Shown here piece after piece: positions 60,851-64,000 of a DNA stretch of 64,000 bases; within the stretch, counting starts at the first letter, position 1; each line of letters starts with the position of its first letter. Below the pieces are notes generated by a model. The model searched no databases. It was not told the DNA's origin and saw nothing but the letters and a program-made list of their open reading frames with translations. The stretch is from Adineta vaga (Eukaryota > Animalia > Rotifera), in assembly GCA_021613535.1 (NCBI GenBank), contig CP075492.1, positions 17,794,001-17,858,000 of the forward strand, in the 5' to 3' direction. The position numbers and the translations under genes were made by a program.

Positions 60851-61346
60851 GTTAGAAAATTAATGTTGATTGTTTCAGTAGTCTCTTCTAAGTGAAATCA
60901 AAAATAAATTAATAAAAAATTCGTGATCGTATAGTGGAAGTCTAGTTTGTTTTGAATAGATGTTTGATGTATTGTATGTAATAACAAGAATTTTGATCGC
61001 TCGAACGAGGAGATTTAGATGGAAAACTAATGTTATTTTTACTTCAGATATAGTTAAGAAGAACTCGGTTATTTTCACGATTTGATCTTTGAATGATCAC
61101 AAAAAAAATGAAAAGGAAAAAATCAGTGAAAAATCAGATTAAAAAAGTCAAAAAGGATTTTTAATTTGTTTAAAAGCATAGACTTTCAGTGAAAACCATC
61201 AACAGGACTATTCTATATTTTCTACACATTGAATATTGATCAGTAAATTTTTCCTCATTAAGCACGTAGATCAAATCTATATTTTGATATAGTATATTGA
61301 TGAAATTCTAGTTGTTGATACCTTAATCATATTCATGTCTTAATCT

Positions 61347-61371
61347 TCTTTGAAGGGGTGGATGAGAGTGA
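61347..61371. repeat. Degenerate left half-site P28
   Basis: TCTTTGAAGGGGTGGATGAGAGTGA. Confidence 0.4.
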
Positions 61372-62750
61372 ACGTGATATAGTAAAAGTAAACATGGGTA
61401 CGGCTAGTCGTTGAGTGGCCGACGAAGCTACACAATTGTTTTCAGAAGAATTAGAAACGATTTGTATTTCTTTCTTTTCAAAGAATAGATAAATATAACA
61501 CTAATAGTATTTTAGTATGTTAAGTAATTCAGACGTAAAAATAGCAACGCGTTAAAAAATATATTCATAGACATTCAATAACTTACTATAGTCAAAGTTT
61601 TCAACAATCATTAGAATTCTAGGATAAATATGAGAAACTGCTTAAGTCCTTGGTTTTCACAAGATATACTTTGACTTATCAAACATCGACTAACAATAAC
61701 ATAGATAGAAACTATCTTAATTTCCTTCTGATTCAGATAGTTCTCATTGTAATCAGTATATCATTGGTAAAATTCGATCTATAATGATAAGAAATAATTG
61801 AAAACGAATGTTTTAATATATTGAATAAATAACATAACATCAATCGAAAAAAAAGCGCATTTTTCTCATTATTCAAACTAATATTGTATGAGAAAAAATA
61901 TTTAATTAGTTAGTTATTTCTTCGATATCACTATTCTATATTTAGACTAATAAAGATAACATGATGAAAAGAAATAAAAATATGAAATTAACCATTGAAA
62001 ACAGGAATATTTATTTTACCTAAAAGATCTTGAGAAAATAATTACCATTTGACTGACCACGTGCTTTCGGTTAAAGAATGATGTCGAGAAAATAATTAAA
62101 TTCCCGGAGCAATAGAGAACGTGACGTTGAATATTGTTCTTCTCACATTCTTGAAAAGTGAGATTCATGTGTAAATATTCTATCCTCATCCTAAATAAAA
62201 GTTTATAATCGTTCAAAGAATAATATATATAACTGATTTTTTTAAAATACTAAAGCAATGATTTTAATATAAATATAATAATAGATTGAAGAAGAAAAAC
62301 TTCTTTTCTCAAATGATTAAAATCTTATAAAGATCAAATTAAAAAAAATTGTTTATTTTCTATGGAATTGATTCTTTACAAATATCCAAATAAGATGGAG
62401 GATCAGTTTGATTTAAACTTATTATTTCATAACTTGGTAAATCATTCGAATTTGCTTTTATGATAATTTCTAACTAAAAATAAATAAAATCAAATGAAAT
62501 AAAAATCAATTTTACATGATAATTAATTAAATTAAATCGATCATTTCGATGAATTTTCTTTGATGAATTAATTCTCCAAAGAAGAAATTTCGAAGATTTT
62601 GAATAAATTTCATTTTGAATTCTTTTTAAACGATTTGACTTAATTTTCAAATGTAAAAAGCAATAAGAAATTGAACCAAAAATTAAGAAAAAAAAACTGC
62701 AAAAGAAATTAAAATAAAATAATATTTTTTATGAAATAAATCATAAAAAT

Positions 62751-62770
62751 ACCCACACCCACACCCTCAA
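62751..62770. repeat. Perfect right half-site P29
   Basis: ACCCACACCCACACCCTCAA directly fused to RING coding sequence. Confidence 0.85.
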
Positions 62771-62962
62771 TATCGCGATCGATTGGTAATGAACTTATCT
62801 GAGTAAGTCGAATTGTAGTTCCATCGTTCTTGGGACATACGAAATTGCCTATACCGCTTCGAGCGGCTCGATCTATGCATTTAAAACAGTATGTATGATT
62901 ACAAAGTAATCGATGTGGATCAACAAATATATTGTGACATATTTCACACATATGATGCATTA

Positions 62963-63394
62963 TAGCGTTTGCCGGGAAATTCCATGTATTTCAGATATCA
63001 ACTAATTTCCCGGAAATTGAGTTTTCCCTTCAGATATACTAAACCAAAAGAATATCTACAATTTCCCAATTTTCATTACGGACGTACAGGGCATATAGGG
63101 CATATAGGGCGTATTTGCCGCTTAAAATATGTAACTCTGTCTACTGAAGGGATATATCTCAGTGCGGGTGCGGGGTGGGTGTCGGTGGGATATATCTCAG
63201 TGAGGGTGCGGGGTGGGTGTCGGTGGGGATATATCTCAGTGAGAGTGCGGGGTGGGTGTCGGTGCCCTATATGCCTTACATGCCTTGAATATCTAAGGCA
63301 TCCAAGGTCTTTGACATCCTTAATTTCCTTAATATGTATGCTTCGAAATTATCATCTATCTGTATGCCAAATCTGGATTTCCCGGAAAACGCTA
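62963..63394. mobile_element. MITE with TA target-site duplication
   Basis: TA|TAGCGTTTGCCGGGAAATTCCA ... TGGATTTCCCGGAAAACGCTA|TA. Excision restores FDALMHHMCEIC. Confidence 0.85.
63149..63264 (+). repeat. 3 x 38-39 bp G-rich tandem repeat inside the MITE
   Basis: GGGATATATCTCAGTG(A/C)G(G/A)GTGCGGGGTGGGTGTCGGT x3. Confidence 0.9.
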
Positions 63395-64000
63395 TAACGC
63401 ATCAAACCTGTTTGTTACAATTTCTTCTACATTGGAATGAATTTTTATCTACTAATCCTGATATTTGTACATACTATTTCTAATTGAATGCATTGTGGTA
63501 ACAATGGAAGATATAACTTTCTCGTCAAAATTATATTCAGGTAAAACTTCATCTTGTTGTTGAAAACTTTCTTCACTGTTGTCGTCATCGGTACCGTCAT
63601 CATCATCTCCTCCTTCTTCTTCTTCACCTCCTCCTCCTACATCCTTCTCCTCTTTCTTTTCCTCCTCTTCTCCCTCCTTTTCTTGGTTTTCTTCAATAAT
63701 ATTGCTATCTAACAGAATTTTAACTCTACGAATTCGGTTGTTGGATGGAAGCTTAACGTTTCTTGTTGAACTGCAACTTGATGAAGACGACGAAGATGTT
63801 TTCCGATCACGATTAGAACATTTTCTATAATATGAAATGTATTTTTTTCTTTCAAAGCAATCTATTGCTTACTTCGAAGACGTATCATCACTTGATGAGT
63901 CTGATGAAACTAATTGATTTAACGAAGACATGGTCAAATTTTATTCCGATTCACTAAAAAGAAACATGGAGGCTAAGAATTAGAATTTTACAAGCAATAC

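Larger units (their letters stand above)
62771..64000 (-). pseudogene. Acidic-region + RING finger (TRIM-like) gene, MITE-interrupted and truncated at half-site P29
   Basis: CEIC..LLCNHTYCFKC..CPKND RING, with an upstream acidic exon at ~63480-63820. The ORF runs into TTGAGGGTGTGGGT. Confidence 0.7.

Noticed and set aside
1361-62770. CRISPR array interpretation of the recurring palindromes
   Set aside because: The repeats are degenerate, kilobases apart and separated by intron-containing genes; there are no cas genes and the DNA is eukaryotic.
1361-62770. Ordinary MITE family as the explanation of the palindromes
   Set aside because: Not favoured: no conserved interior, no TSDs seen, variable arm repeat number, and many copies coincide with breakpoints. 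It cannot be fully excluded without genome-wide data.
63579-63830. Ser/Pro-rich plus-strand ORF
   Set aside because: It is the antisense shadow of the acidic exon of the minus-strand RING gene.
1-64000. Integrase, recombinase or reverse transcriptase serving the array
   Set aside because: No ORF with tyrosine/serine recombinase, intact DDE, HUH or RT motifs is recognisable; only MULE and piggyBac C-terminal remnants are present.

Overview
AT-rich eukaryotic DNA with short (~60 bp) GT-AG introns. The gene repertoire (orphan rhodopsin-like GPCRs, NHL, ART-TPR, Kelch, B-box, F-box, a bacterial/fungal-type FAD monooxygenase) is typical of bdelloid rotifers; that assignment is an inference. About 25 genes or gene fragments lie in mixed orientation, mostly defence-, secretion- or sensing-type. 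Many are pseudogenised, and several non-autonomous DNA transposons are present. The dominant unexplained structure is a family of ~29 imperfect 40-110 bp palindromes, (TC)TTGAGGGTGTGGGT(GTGGGT)n - unique spacer - (ACCCAC)nACCCACACCCTCAA(GA). They are built from the TGTGGG/TGAGGG hexamers reported as bdelloid telomeric repeats. They recur every ~0.2-7 kb, almost always at gene boundaries, often enclose exactly one gene, and repeatedly abut truncated genes or transposons. The window therefore looks like a eukaryotic gene-cassette array punctuated by attC-like or telomere-fusion-like sites. No recombinase is recognisable in the window. All assignments come from reading the sequence; no database searches were run.
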